Source of the DNA: Spirochaetia bacterium
GTDB lineage: Bacteria; Spirochaetota; Spirochaetia; SZUA-6; Bin103
Length of the DNA stretch: 64,000 nt
Reading direction: 5' to 3'
NCBI GenBank assembly: GCA_965198005.1
Contig: CBDAOI010000004.1
Coordinates: forward strand, 1,536,001 to 1,600,000
Part shown: piece by piece, positions 20,159 through 30,579 of the stretch
Numbering within the stretch: position 1 is the stretch's first letter
How the letters are laid out: the number at the start of each line of letters is the position of its first letter
Position numbers and translations under genes: made by a program
The notes under the pieces: generated by a model
Databases searched by the model: none
What the model saw: the letters and a program-made list of their open reading frames with translations, nothing else
What the model was told of the DNA's origin: nothing

Positions 20159-20210
20159 TGCCCAATGCGTCGTTTTCGTGCTCTTCCGTGTCATGGAAGC
20201 TATGCGGGAA

Positions 20211-21302
20211 TCACTCGATCCCGCAGTATGAATCGATGGTCGCACGGATGGTGTCGTCGGCGGCCTGGGGCACGAGGCCGAGCTCCTGCATCGCCAGCAG
20301 GCAATACGCGCGCGGCGCATCGTGGGTGTCCTGGGCGGGCCGATCGCCTTCCATCTCCTCGCCGCCGATGTCCTTCACCCCTGGAAAGAGCTCGTGGAGG
20401 CGCTGCTGCAGCTCCCAGGTGAAGAGTTCCCCGGAGCGGTCCCTGGCCGACAGGATATAGCGCGAGCCATTCGTCGCCGTGGTGCTCTCGGCCGCGAGCC
20501 GATGGGCCTTGCCCGCGTCGCGCACGTCGACGATGTTCCACAGCATGCGGCCGCCGGGCGTCTTGGTATAGGGCTGCCCCGACATCATGCGCTGCATGCA
20601 GTTCTGCCAGCTCCAGCCCTGGTCATGGTTGGCGCTCATCAGCGGGCCGATCACGTGCACCGGCAGGATGGCCATCGCGTCGAAGCTGCCGTCCCGGTCG
20701 GCGGCTTGGTAGATCATGCGCTCGGTGTTGGCCTTGGCCATGGCGTAGGCGAGATCGCGGTTTTCCGGAATGCGCTCCTGTGTCCACCTGCCGCGATAGG
20801 CCTCGAGGTTGTCGCCACACCAGTCCTTCTCGGTGAAGACGTACCCTGCCGGTCGCGGATGGCTGACTGCGGCGAACGAGCTGGTGAAGACGAAGCGCTT
20901 GAGACTGCCGGAGTTTCGCGCCGCGGCGAGCACGTGGTCGTTCTCCGTGAAGCACCCGTCGTACACCTCCTGCGGCGTTTCACGGTTGTATCCGACGGTC
21001 GCGCCGGCGTGGAGCACCGCGCTGCAGCCTGCGAACGCTTGGTCGTAGCTGCCGCGCTCGAACAGCTCGCCGCGAAACAGCTCGACCTCGCCGCGAAGGT
21101 CGCCATCGTTGTTGAGCGCGGTCAGATGGTCGACCTTCGCAGGATTGTTCAAGTCCCGGACGCAGGCGTGGACGCGGTAGCCTTGCGCCATCAGATCGTA
21201 GACGATCCAGGAGCCGATATACCCGCTCGCGCCGGTGACGGCGACAGGACCGTCGGCGGGTGAGATAGCAGTCCCGCTCGTGCGGTGTCCTTCAGATGTC
21301 AT
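20211..21302 (-). CDS. NAD-dependent epimerase/dehydratase (dihydroflavonol-reductase-like)
   Basis: VTGASGYIGS, FTSSFAAV, YAMAK, VDVRDAGKAH; the last few residues may be clipped by the neighbouring rearrangement. Confidence 0.9.
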   Translation of the reverse strand: MTSEGHRTSGTAISPADGPVAVTGASGYIGSWIVYDLMAQGYRVHACVRDLNNPAKVDHLTALNNDGDLRGEVELFRGELFERGSYDQAFAGCSAVLHAGATVGYNRETPQEVYDGCFTENDHVLAAARNSGSLKRFVFTSSFAAVSHPRPAGYVFTEKDWCGDNLEAYRGRWTQERIPENRDLAYAMAKANTERMIYQAADRDGSFDAMAILPVHVIGPLMSANHDQGWSWQNCMQRMMSGQPYTKTPGGRMLWNIVDVRDAGKAHRLAAESTTATNGSRYILSARDRSGELFTWELQQRLHELFPGVKDIGGEEMEGDRPAQDTHDAPRAYCLLAMQELGLVPQAADDTIRATIDSYCGIE

Positions 21303-21365
21303 GCCGCTACCCTATCGCAGTTCGCAGCGTTCCGGGAAGGCCGCCTACCTGAGTGTTCCTGAGTG

Positions 21366-22583
21366 TCACCACTCGGTCAGCAGGAACTCGCGGACGTGGA
21401 CGTGGCGGATGCCCTTGTGCCCTGCTCCGATGACGGGATCCATCGAAACCACGAGCTTCGGGTAGTTGTCCGGGATCTCGAGCAGGTTGCCGAACTCCCG
21501 GGCGTGGGTCGCTGCGTCGACCAGAAGGTAGGCAACCTGTACGTACATGGTTTCCTCCCCGCGCGTTGCCACGAAGTCGATCTCGCGCCGGTCCAGGCGG
21601 CCGGTGGTGACCTGCCAGCCGCACACACGAAGATGATGATAGACGAGGTTCTCGAGCACCTTCGCGATGTCCTGTTGCACGAACGGCTTCACGGCGTGGC
21701 GCAGGCCCAGATCCTCGAAGTAGTACTTCTCCCCGATTTCGAAGATGCGCCGCCCGACCACGTCCGCCCGGTGCACCTTGGCAAGGAAGCACGCGTGGCA
21801 CAGATGGGCGAGGTACTCCAGCACGGCGTTGGGCGATATGCGTACCCGTTGCGACTTCAGGTAGTCGCTGATCCGCTTGGCGGTTACCACGCTGCCGACG
21901 CTGTCGGCCACGAACCGGACCAGCCGCTCCAGGAAATCGATATTGCGGATGCGGTACCGGGCGACGACATCCTTGAACAGGATCACGTGGTAGAGGTTGC
22001 CGAGATACTCGTAGACGACACGGTCCGTCAACTCCAGATCGACCAGGTGCGGGAGACCGCCGTAGCGCAGATACCGGCGCAGCGACTCGTCGCTCTCGTC
22101 GAGCCGATGGAATGCGAGGAACTCCCCGTAGGACAGGCCGCGTACCGGCACTTCGACGGCGCGACCGGCCAGCAGCCTGGCGATGTCGCCGGACAACATC
22201 TCGGCGTTGCTGCCGGTGCAATAGAGGTCGAACCGCTTCTCCGCCGCGAGGCTGCGCAGCGCGCGCGACCAGTTCTCGATCTCCTGTACCTCGTCGATCA
22301 GGATGCAGCCCCGCCGTGCCGATCCGAGTCGTCGCACGGTGAGATCGAGGAGATCGGCGTGGGTGCGGACGTCGTCGAAGGCAGCCAGTTCCTTGTTGAC
22401 GTAGAGGATCGGACAGGCGGGATCGCGCTCCTTGATCATGTCCACGACGTGATAGAGCAGGTAGCTCTTGCCGACCCGCCGCTGACCAACGAGCACCTTC
22501 ACGACGTCTTTCCCGACCAGCGGTTCAAGGCGCTTGACGTAAATCGGTCTGGTGATGTACTTGGGGATGTCGATGTTCAGCAT
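21366..22583 (-). CDS. AAA+ ATPase (AAA_14 + DUF4143 type)
   Basis: Walker A GQRRVGKS, Walker B LIDEVQ, TGSN, YGGLP, EKYYFEDLG, EIDFV. Confidence 0.92.
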   Translation of the reverse strand: MLNIDIPKYITRPIYVKRLEPLVGKDVVKVLVGQRRVGKSYLLYHVVDMIKERDPACPILYVNKELAAFDDVRTHADLLDLTVRRLGSARRGCILIDEVQEIENWSRALRSLAAEKRFDLYCTGSNAEMLSGDIARLLAGRAVEVPVRGLSYGEFLAFHRLDESDESLRRYLRYGGLPHLVDLELTDRVVYEYLGNLYHVILFKDVVARYRIRNIDFLERLVRFVADSVGSVVTAKRISDYLKSQRVRISPNAVLEYLAHLCHACFLAKVHRADVVGRRIFEIGEKYYFEDLGLRHAVKPFVQQDIAKVLENLVYHHLRVCGWQVTTGRLDRREIDFVATRGEETMYVQVAYLLVDAATHAREFGNLLEIPDNYPKLVVSMDPVIGAGHKGIRHVHVREFLLTEW

Positions 22584-22899
22584 GTCCGGTGTCCGGCAGA
22601 GTTTTGGACATACCTAAAACTTCTTGTCTCCTGTTGTCAATAGTCAATAGAACGGTATGATGTGGATCGACGGCAGGACGATCACCATGGTGGCGATCCG
22701 GAACCCGGGCCTGCCCGTACCCGCGCACGGTCGAGGGTCCGCGCCGGTCGCACCGGTCCCACCGGCCGCCGGGGCAGCCGCATGAGCAACGGATCCCACC
22801 CGGTTCTTTCCACCTACTTCATGGCGTCCGAGATCGGCCGCTATCTGTCCACCGCGGCGGCCGTCGCCGACGTGGTCCGCGAGTGCCGGCGGCATGGGG

Positions 22900-23258
22900 C
22901 AGGCAGGGCCAGCGCGGCCAGCACATGGTCTGGTGGAACTTGCCGAACCCCGCGGTGCGGTAACCGTGCTCGCGCAGCACCTGGGCGTAGGTCGGCAGGT
23001 CGCCGGCCAGGGCGAAGTTGTTGGCGATGATCCCGTGCACGCAGGCCGAGCGTCCGGTGAGGAACGACGCGCGGCTGGGGGCGCACACCGGGTGGGTGGC
23101 GTAACAGCGGTCGAAGCGCCCGCCCGCGCCCGCCCGTCCAGCACCGGGGTGGACGGCACGCCGCTGCCGTAGCAGCCGAGGCGGCAGGCCGCGAGCTGGT
23201 CGGCCATGATGAACAGGATGTTGGGCGGCCGCGATCGGTCGCGCGTGTCGGGTCGCAT
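22900..23258 (-). pseudogene. Sulfatase N-terminal fragment, frameshifted
   Basis: PPNILFIMADQL, then in another frame VCAPSRASFLTGR (CxPxR) and GYRTAGFGKFH. Confidence 0.85.
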
Positions 23259-23280
23259 CCGACGGCTCCGGGCTCAAGCC

Positions 23281-23750
23281 CTACCGGTCGGGCAGGAGTA
23301 GCTCCCGGCGCGGGCCGAGCAGCCGTTCCTCGGTGCCGAGCGCCTCCAGGAACGCGACGTAGTCCGCGTGCAGGCGGCGGATCACCTCGGGGTGGTCGGC
23401 CGCGACGTTGCGCTGCTGGCGCGGGTCGCGGGCCCGGTCGTACAGCTCGTGCGCGTTGCTCGCCGGGGCCAGCAGCAGCGACCGCAGGTCGGTGGTGAGG
23501 GTCGCCGGCGTGTACTCCGTCACCAGCCGCGCGGCGTCGTCCACGATGCGGGAGGTCTCTCCGGGGTTGCGCAGCTCCATGGTGGAGAGGGTGAAGTCGC
23601 GGTGGCCGCCTGCCCGGCCGCGCAGCAGCGGCCAGAACGAACGACCCTGCATGGTGGCCGGCACCGCCAGCCCCAGCGCGTCGAGGATCGTGGCCGGCAC
23701 GTCCGGCAGCGAGACCAGGGCCCAGGCGATGTGGACGGCCACAGCGGTCG
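23281..23750 (-). pseudogene. Sulfatase C-terminal fragment
   Basis: LVSLPDVPATILD..MQGRSF..ELYDRARDPRQQRNVAADHPE. Confidence 0.8.
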
Positions 23751-23884
23751 AGCGCAGCCACCTGGAGCCGCCGCTGCAGGGCCTGGAGTTGAGCGCGGGG
23801 GAAGTACCGGCGGCTGCCGGGGCGGGAGTTGGCGGACGGAGCGCTGGCGTCCCCGCTACAGTGTGGACAGTGTGGCGACCCGGC

Positions 23885-24757
23885 CAGAAGACCAACCCCG
23901 AAATCCAGGTGAGCAGTTATTTCCAGCGGTCGTTTACAACCGTTACTCTGAACACTCGTAAGTCGCCCTTGGACGACATCAGGGTGCGCCACGCACTGCA
24001 GATGGCACTGGACCTCGAGACGATTAACGATACCTACTATGGCGGCTATTCGATATGGGAACCTATGGGGGGACTTGCCGTCAAGCCGTATCTCTTCCCA
24101 TTTGAAGAGTGGCCCGAAGATCTCAAGCAATACTACAGGCATGACCCGGAAGGTGCTGAGAAGCTGCTTGACGAGGCTGGATATCTGCGAGGCGCGGGCG
24201 GCGTTCGATTCAAGCTCACCTATGACCACCGCGACATCATGGATTTAGGCTATGTAGAAATAGCTGCCGGATACTGGGCTGATATTGGCATTGATGTAGA
24301 GATTAATGTAGTACCAGGTTTGACGTGGTGGGGTAACAGAGGAGGGTCTGATGGAGATGAGGGAGACATTACTTATGAGATGAGCACTGGCGACAGTGGC
24401 TTTTATAGTGCCCCAACCGTGTGGGTAGGCTTTTATACCACGGCCTTAACATCCCTGCGCGAATACCAGGGCGGAAACAACACGGGCGGAAAGAAGACCC
24501 CTGAGTTGACCGCCGCGTATGATGCCTTTATCGCCGCTAACACCAAAGAGGAGCAGCTGAGGGCATTCAGAGAGTATGATTTGTTCCTGTTAAAGCAGCA
24601 CAATCAGATATGGGGTCCTATGGCTCCAGTTTATCAGGTGACCCAGCCGTGGGTCCAAGGTTTTAACGGTGAATGGATGCTCGAAGAATCGGGCGTACGT
24701 GACGTCCTCATACACCTTTGGATTGACCAGGCGCTGAAGGAAGCAATGGGACACTAG
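23885..24757 (+). pseudogene. Family-5 ABC substrate-binding protein, C-terminal half only
   Basis: KTNPEI..PLDDIRVRHALQMALD..EKLLDEAGY..LWIDQALKEAMGH; homologous to 41385-43166. Confidence 0.9.
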
Positions 24758-24786
24758 GAGTCTGTCGGATTGCGACCGACTCCTAG
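24754..24786. mobile_element. Collapsed IS/MITE scar with CTAG ends
   Basis: CTAGGAGTC-tgtcggattgcgacc-GACTCCTAG; the left CTAG supplies the SBP stop codon. Confidence 0.5.
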
Positions 24787-24943
24787 TGATCGTACGGGAT
24801 GGGCCAAAAGCGTCGACCCGGGCGACGGTGGGGCGCTAGGGAGTTCGCCCCTCCTGACTACGTGAGAATGGGGCTGGAAGCGCGTTCGGAGCGCCACTTC
24901 TGATCGCGCTTCCGAGCCCTCACTCAATGAATAAGGTGTCCCC

Positions 24944-25900
24944 GTGAGAGTCTATCTCATCAGGCGATTGTTGCTGATAATCCCCACCCTGTTTATCTTG
25001 ACCATCCTCGTCTTTCTCGGGGTCCGCTTCATCCCCGGCGATGTAATAGACGCAATGGTGCTGAGGATGGATACTTCGACCGGCCGGATTGACCGTGAAG
25101 CTGTTGAGCGTAGGCTGGGATTAGACCTGCCTGTTTACGTACAGTATGGACGCTGGTTAGGAGATATTTTCCTGCGCGGCACCCTTGGCGAATCACTGGT
25201 TGGCGGTTATACGATAGAGGAGAGGATACTAGAAAGATTGCCAGTAACCGTTGAGCTTGGTGTCATGGCAATCGTTCTCGGCCTGGTAATAGCCCTGCCC
25301 GTCGGCATCTACTCGGCGATTCGCCAGGATACTGCCGCTGACTACGCGGGGCGCTCTATTGCCATCATCGGCCTGGCCACACCCAACTTCTGGCTGGGCA
25401 TTATGGTCATGATCTACCCCGCCATCTGGTGGGGCTGGTCGCCAGCGATGGAGCTGGTTCCTTTTCAGGAAGACCCGCTGAGCAATCTCGGCATGTTCCT
25501 CGTTCCCAGCCTGATTTTGGGGACGGCCTCGGCTGCAGGCGCAATGCGGTTGACGCGCACCATGATGCTGGAGGTGCTCCGGCAGGACTACATCAGGACG
25601 GCCTGGTCCAAGGGTCTCAAGGAGAGGGTAGTTATTGTGAGACACGCCGTCAAAAATGCGCTCATCCCGGTGGTGACCCTGATCGGCCTGCAGCTGCCGA
25701 TTCTGGTGGGTGGCTCAGTGATCATGGAGAACATATTTAACCTGCCGGGGATAGGTCGTCTCCTGCTGACTGCACTCGAAAACAGAGACTACCCGGTGGT
25801 CTCCGGAATAAACCTGTTCTTCGGCGCCACGGTTATGGGGATCAATCTAATGATCGACCTGATTTATCCTTTTTTGGACCCCACGATCCGTTACAGATAA
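24944..25900 (+). CDS. ABC permease, OppB/DppB-like
   Basis: YLIRRLL, LPVTVELG, RTMMLEVLRQDYIRTAWSKGL, RDYPVV. Confidence 0.95.
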   Translation: MRVYLIRRLLLIIPTLFILTILVFLGVRFIPGDVIDAMVLRMDTSTGRIDREAVERRLGLDLPVYVQYGRWLGDIFLRGTLGESLVGGYTIEERILERLPVTVELGVMAIVLGLVIALPVGIYSAIRQDTAADYAGRSIAIIGLATPNFWLGIMVMIYPAIWWGWSPAMELVPFQEDPLSNLGMFLVPSLILGTASAAGAMRLTRTMMLEVLRQDYIRTAWSKGLKERVVIVRHAVKNALIPVVTLIGLQLPILVGGSVIMENIFNLPGIGRLLLTALENRDYPVVSGINLFFGATVMGINLMIDLIYPFLDPTIRYR

Positions 25901-25918
25901 AGGGGAAAAACCACGAGT

Positions 25919-26809
25919 ATGGGTAATGTCACAGGGATACCGTCACAAGCAGGTGAGCCAAAGAGACGTACCAAGCTGGCTGATTTCTTTATCAGGCTGT
26001 GGAGGGAGAAACCACTAGGTATAATCAGCGGGATTATGATATTGATATTGATTCTTGTGGTTATCTTCGCCGATGCTCTGGCTCCTTATCGTTACATGGA
26101 AATACACCTGGCAGACAGGATGCAGGGCTCATCAGCCCGGTATCTCCTGGGGACCGACTACGTGGGGCGAGACTTGTTGAGCCGCCTTATCCACGGGGCT
26201 CGTCTTTCGTTGGCTGTCGGTTTGGCGGCGACCGCTCTCAATGTTGTCATCGCTGTCCTGATAGGCGGCATTTCAGGATTCTTTGGCGGTAAATTGGACC
26301 TGACTGTGCAGAGATTCGTCGATGCCTGGATGGCTTTCCCCGCACTGCTCCTGTTGTTAACGATAATGTCCATAGCGGGGCGAGGTCTGCCACAGATTAT
26401 ACTGGTCCTGGGGATATCAGGAGGCATCGGCAGCTCAAGAGTAGTCAGAGGCGCCGTTATTGGCGTCAAAGAGAAAGTCTATTTTCAGGCAGCGGCGGCG
26501 ATTGGCAGCTCAAAATGGAGAACTTTTATCCGACATGTCCTGCCCAATGTTGCGGCTCCCGTAATTATCATATTTAGCATCAACATCGGGGGGGTGATTA
26601 TTTCTGAGGCTTCCCTAAGCTTCCTCGGATTCGGTTTGCCAGTCGACTTTCCTAGCTGGGGAGGTATGCTCAGCCGAGAAGGGCGTAAGTATATGGAGGC
26701 GGCGCCATGGCTGGCTCACATGTTCGGTGACGCGGTGAGGGACCTGCTCGATCCAAGGTTGCGGGGTGGTGGTGGGGTTCTCGCTGGCAGCGGCGCCACG
26801 TCGGTTTGA
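25919..26809 (+). CDS. ABC permease, OppC/DppC-like, missing most of the last TM helix (possibly non-functional)
   Basis: LLGTD..GRDLLSRL, RHVLPN; APWLA joins HMFGDAVRD, about 15 aa shorter than its paralogs. Confidence 0.85.
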   Translation: MGNVTGIPSQAGEPKRRTKLADFFIRLWREKPLGIISGIMILILILVVIFADALAPYRYMEIHLADRMQGSSARYLLGTDYVGRDLLSRLIHGARLSLAVGLAATALNVVIAVLIGGISGFFGGKLDLTVQRFVDAWMAFPALLLLLTIMSIAGRGLPQIILVLGISGGIGSSRVVRGAVIGVKEKVYFQAAAAIGSSKWRTFIRHVLPNVAAPVIIIFSINIGGVIISEASLSFLGFGLPVDFPSWGGMLSREGRKYMEAAPWLAHMFGDAVRDLLDPRLRGGGGVLAGSGATSV

Positions 26810-26879
26810 GAGAGTGCGCGTGCGTTCCGCACCCAGTATCACGCCGGATGCACGGTGACCGCCACCCGTGGCAGCCTCC

Positions 26880-27075
26880 CTGCCGCCCCGCTCAGGCAGC
26901 GGCTTGAGGCCAAAGTCATCCAGCACAAGGAGAGCTACGGTCCCGACTTGGCGCAGCCGGCGCTGGTAGGTGCCGTCGCCGCGGCCGGCGTGGATCCAGT
27001 CGAACAACACGCTGGTGCGCTCATAGGTGACCTCGTACCCCTTGCGACAGGCGATGTGCCACAGCGCCTGAGCTG
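26880..27075 (-). mobile_element. IS21 helper ATPase (IstB) remnant
   Basis: AQAL..ACRKGYEV..GRGDGTYQRRLRQ..LLVLDDFGLKPL. Confidence 0.8.
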
Positions 27076-27191
27076 CGTGGCAGCTGGTGGGTACCGCGTA
27101 GTAGTTGAGCCGCGGCTGAGCATTCCGCCCCAGCTGGGTAAGTCCGGAGGCAGTCCGAGGCCTATCGCTCGCAACGCCGCGGCGGGGTTCC

Positions 27192-27220
27192 TTGACCGGA
27201 AATATCAATAGTGGTATACA
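27192..27220 (+). promoter_or_regulatory. Sigma70-like promoter for a leaderless TA operon
   Basis: TTGACC-17-TATACA with TG extension; GTG start 6 nt downstream. Confidence 0.6.
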
Positions 27221-27226
27221 CATTCA

Positions 27227-27425
27227 GTGGATTATGAAGTCATCGTGCTTCAGCCAGCGGAGGACTTCCTACGGAAGCTCGAGACAAAGCTTCGAGCGAA
27301 GGCCTTTCGCTAGGGTCTACGTCGTGACTTCCGGCTACGTCAAGAAGGCTCACCGGACCAGTCGCAGTGAGATCGACAGAGCCATGAGACTGAAGAGACA
27401 GTACGAGGAGGCCAGCGAGCAATGA
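27227..27425 (+). pseudogene. RelE/HigB (Gp49-like) toxin with internal deletion
   Basis: MDYEVIVLQPAEDFLRKLETKLRAKAFR* then VYVVTSGYVKK..EIDRAMRLKRQY in another frame. Confidence 0.8.
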
Positions 27426-27715
27426 AGGCAACCAGGTACCAGGATTTGCTGAATGAGCAGCTTCGGGACCCCAACTTCAGGCGGGAGTATGAGGCGCTAG
27501 AGGAGGAGTTCACCTTGGCCACGGAGATCATTGCGCTGCGCAAGAGATTGAACCTCACGCAAAAGGAGCTCGCAGAACGAGTCGGTACATCTCAACCCGC
27601 AATCGCCCGAGTCGAATCGGGCAATTACCGCAATCTATCGTTATCGTTTCTCCGGCGTCTGGCCGATGCGCTCGAAGCAGTCCCCGAGATTCATCTACGC
27701 AGAAAGGGTGCTTGA
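27422..27715 (+). CDS. XRE-family HTH antitoxin (HigA-like)
   Basis: LRKRLNLTQKELAERVGTSQPAIARVESG. Confidence 0.92.
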   Translation: MKATRYQDLLNEQLRDPNFRREYEALEEEFTLATEIIALRKRLNLTQKELAERVGTSQPAIARVESGNYRNLSLSFLRRLADALEAVPEIHLRRKGA

Positions 27716-27879
27716 TCCATCGGGACCTTCACGAGCTCCCAGTGGCCAACGCGAACGAGACGAAGGTTTTCTTTTTGGGGGCCCCCAACCGGCGTGCGCC
27801 CGATCCTGGCTCCGACGACACCGACCGGCAATCGACTCGCGCGCGTCAGCTCACGGTTGGCTGGCGTTTGCCCGCCGTT

Positions 27880-28140
27880 GGTCTGCGTTGCCCGATGATG
27901 CGCCGACACTACGATGCCACGCGCCGCTTCGAGCTGACCGGCCAGGTCACGCCGCTACCCAGTCCGGCGCCGCCTGCGGCCGCAGCGCTACGACCAGGAG
28001 GTGCTGTCGGTTCTGAAGAAGATCTGGTACGTCAGGCGTGATACCGTGGGAGGTGCCGGTCGGCGGCGCGAACTTCGTTCGCGCACCCACGGGTCCACGG
28101 GTCCACGGGTCGGCGCTGTTGACAGGGTGGCCGCGCGCGG
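27880..28140 (+). repeat. Structured interspersed repeat 'R', copy 1 (internally deleted)
   Basis: cccgatgatgcgccgacactacgatgc..gagctgaccggccaggtcac and aacttcgttc..gctgttgacagggtggccgcgc match the other copies. Confidence 0.85.
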
Positions 28141-28317
28141 TTGCGCCTGAAAGGCCGCACGCACACCAAACCGGGCAGCCTCCTGAAGCACCAAGTCCCG
28201 ATCCTACAATATGTGTACGCCCTTGGCACTGATGGGGTGGCGGCGCGGCTGGCAGTGGGGTAGCGTAGGCGGCATGAGAATGGAGCATGTGGTCATGTCC
28301 GCCTGGTACGTCGAGGA

Positions 28318-28995
28318 GTGATGGCGCTTCCCGCGGCACTGTTCGAGTTCCTCGCCGAGTTGAAGGAGAACAACGACCGCACCTGGTTCCAGGCCAACAA
28401 GAGCCGCTACGAGGAACAGGTGAAGGGGCCGCTGCTGGCCTTCATCGGAGGCTTCGAGGAGCGCTTGGGGCGCCTGAGCGGCCACTTCGTGGCCGACCCA
28501 CGGCCGGTGGGCGGGTCGCTGTTCCGTATCTACCGCGACGTGCGCTTCTCCAAGGACAAGTCGCCCTACAAGACCGCGGCCGGCATCCACTTCCGGCACG
28601 AGCGCGCCAAGGACGTGCACGCTCCCGGCTACTACCTGCACCTGGAGCCGGCGGCGTGCTTCGTGGCGTGCGGGCTGTGGATGCCGGCCAGCGCGCAGGC
28701 GCAGCACGTGCGGGCCGCCATCGAACGCGACCGGGCCGGCTGGCTGGCGGCCCGCGATACAGCGCAGGCGGGCGGCTTCGGCTTGAGCGGCAGCTCCCTC
28801 AAGCGCCCGCCGCGCGGCTATGCCGCCGACCACCCGCTGATCGAGGACCTCAAGCGCAAGGATTTCACGCTCACGGCCACGCTCGACCAGCAGGCGGTAA
28901 CCGCCGACGACTTCCCTGCCCGGCTGGTGCAGCGGTGGTCGCACACCACGCCCTTCATGCGCTTCGTGACCGAGGCACTAGCGCTCTCCTTCTGA
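28318..28995 (+). CDS. DUF2461 (TIGR02453) family protein
   Basis: FLAELKENNDRTWF, FRIYRDVRFSKDKSPYKT, LKRPPRGY..HPLIEDLKRKDF. Confidence 0.93.
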   Translation: MMALPAALFEFLAELKENNDRTWFQANKSRYEEQVKGPLLAFIGGFEERLGRLSGHFVADPRPVGGSLFRIYRDVRFSKDKSPYKTAAGIHFRHERAKDVHAPGYYLHLEPAACFVACGLWMPASAQAQHVRAAIERDRAGWLAARDTAQAGGFGLSGSSLKRPPRGYAADHPLIEDLKRKDFTLTATLDQQAVTADDFPARLVQRWSHTTPFMRFVTEALALSF

Positions 28996-29108
28996 GTCGG
29001 CACGGTCACTCCATGACACGGAAGAGCACGAAAACGACGCATTGGGCAGTGCACGGTGCCCGGTCGATGCCGACCACGTCGACGATCGACGGCATCATGA
29101 TGATGCCA

Positions 29109-30173
29109 CTACCAGTACTCGAGAATCGCGCGACCCATCACGTCCCCGGCACGAAGCGCGTCGCAGGCATCGTTGATCTGCTCAAGGCGGTAGCGATCGG
29201 TCACCAGCTTGTCCAGTGGGAACTTGCCCTCGGCATATAACCGCAGGAACATCGGGAAGTCCCGATCGGCGTCGCTAGCCCCGTGGCTGCCCGTGTAGGT
29301 GCGTTGAAACGGCATCACCAACATCGGGTTGATTGTCATCTCCCGCTCGGCGGGCACCCCAACCAGAACCGCCGTCCCGCCCTTGCTCGAAGGTCCCACC
29401 CAACCGGGACGCGTTGCCGCCAGGATCTGCTCGGTCGTCGCCCGGACGCCGATGGTGTCGAAGGCGTAGTCGACCCCGCCGTTGGTCAGCTCCTTGATAG
29501 CCGCCACCGGATCCTCGTTCTTGGCGTTGATGAGGTGGGTAGCGCCGAACTGCCGCGCCATCTCCAGCTTGTCGTCGCGCAGGTCAGCGGCGATGATCGG
29601 ATACGCCTCCAGCATCGATGCCATCCAGATGGCCGACAGCCCCACGCCCCCGGCGCCGATCACCGCCACCGAGTCGCCGGGTCGTACCCCGGCGGTGTGC
29701 TGAACCGCCCCGGCGCCGGTCAGCACCGCGCAGCCGATGACGCAGCTCAGATCGGTGGGCGCGTCGCCGGCAATGCCGACCACGTGCTCGCCCTCGGTAA
29801 CGACGTGCTCACTCCAGGTGTGCACGCGGTGCTGGGCAAACAGCGGCGTTCCCCGATGGGTCGCGCCCAGCGGGCCGCGTTCTTGCATGGTCAAGTCGGG
29901 GTGGCGCCGCACCCAGGTGACGATCGCGTGGTCGCCCTCCTTGACGTGGCTCACATTCGCGCCCACCGCCATCACCACGCCGGTGCCTTCGTGTCCCAGC
30001 ACCATCGGCAGCGGCTCGCCGAGCGACCCGTTCAACTCGTGGAGCTGGGAGTGGCATACACCGCTGGAAATGAGCTTGACGGCAACGTCGTCGGGTCCGA
30101 CGTCGGGCAACTCCACCTCGTCGATGACAAGTGGCTCGTTATAGGCGGTCAGTACCGCAGCTCGGGTCTTCAT
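29109..30173 (-). CDS. Zn-dependent alcohol dehydrogenase (MDR family)
   Basis: SGVCHSQL, LGHEG, IGCAVLTG, GAGGVGL; lacks the structural-Zn Cys cluster. Confidence 0.93.
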   Translation of the reverse strand: MKTRAAVLTAYNEPLVIDEVELPDVGPDDVAVKLISSGVCHSQLHELNGSLGEPLPMVLGHEGTGVVMAVGANVSHVKEGDHAIVTWVRRHPDLTMQERGPLGATHRGTPLFAQHRVHTWSEHVVTEGEHVVGIAGDAPTDLSCVIGCAVLTGAGAVQHTAGVRPGDSVAVIGAGGVGLSAIWMASMLEAYPIIAADLRDDKLEMARQFGATHLINAKNEDPVAAIKELTNGGVDYAFDTIGVRATTEQILAATRPGWVGPSSKGGTAVLVGVPAEREMTINPMLVMPFQRTYTGSHGASDADRDFPMFLRLYAEGKFPLDKLVTDRYRLEQINDACDALRAGDVMGRAILEYW

Positions 30174-30288
30174 GGTGAGGCCACCCTATCATGCCCAGGC
30201 TGCAGGGACAAGCAGGACAAGCACGACGAGCACGTCGAGACAGGACTGCAATGCCGGAGCCGCGCAGCCCAGCGTGGGGGGCGGTTTC

Positions 30289-30579
30289 TCAGTCGGGTCC
30301 ACGGCGTGCCAGGGCGCGTTCGAAGCTCACCAGGCTGCGGATCAGGGCGTTGTACTGCGAATGGGCGCCGTTGCCGTGCTGCGCCGCGAGCAGTCGGTAG
30401 AGCGCCAACTCCGGCTCGCGGTAGAGACCGGGTTGCGCGGGCAGGTCGAAACCGAGGCTGCGCAGCCGCGGCCGGCCGATTGCGACCAGCAGCGCTGCGC
30501 TGCTGGTTTCGCCCGCTCGATACGAACGCAGGCCGGCGTCGATCAGTGCGGCGGCGGGGAGCCGGGGGTCGAGCTTCAT
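30289..30579 (-). CDS. Small protein coupled to the nucleotidyltransferase gene
   Basis: MKLDPRLP..ALLVAIGRPRLRSLG..AHSQYNALIRSLVSFERAL; ATGA overlap with the upstream gene. Confidence 0.75.
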   Translation of the reverse strand: MKLDPRLPAAALIDAGLRSYRAGETSSAALLVAIGRPRLRSLGFDLPAQPGLYREPELALYRLLAAQHGNGAHSQYNALIRSLVSFERALARRGPD

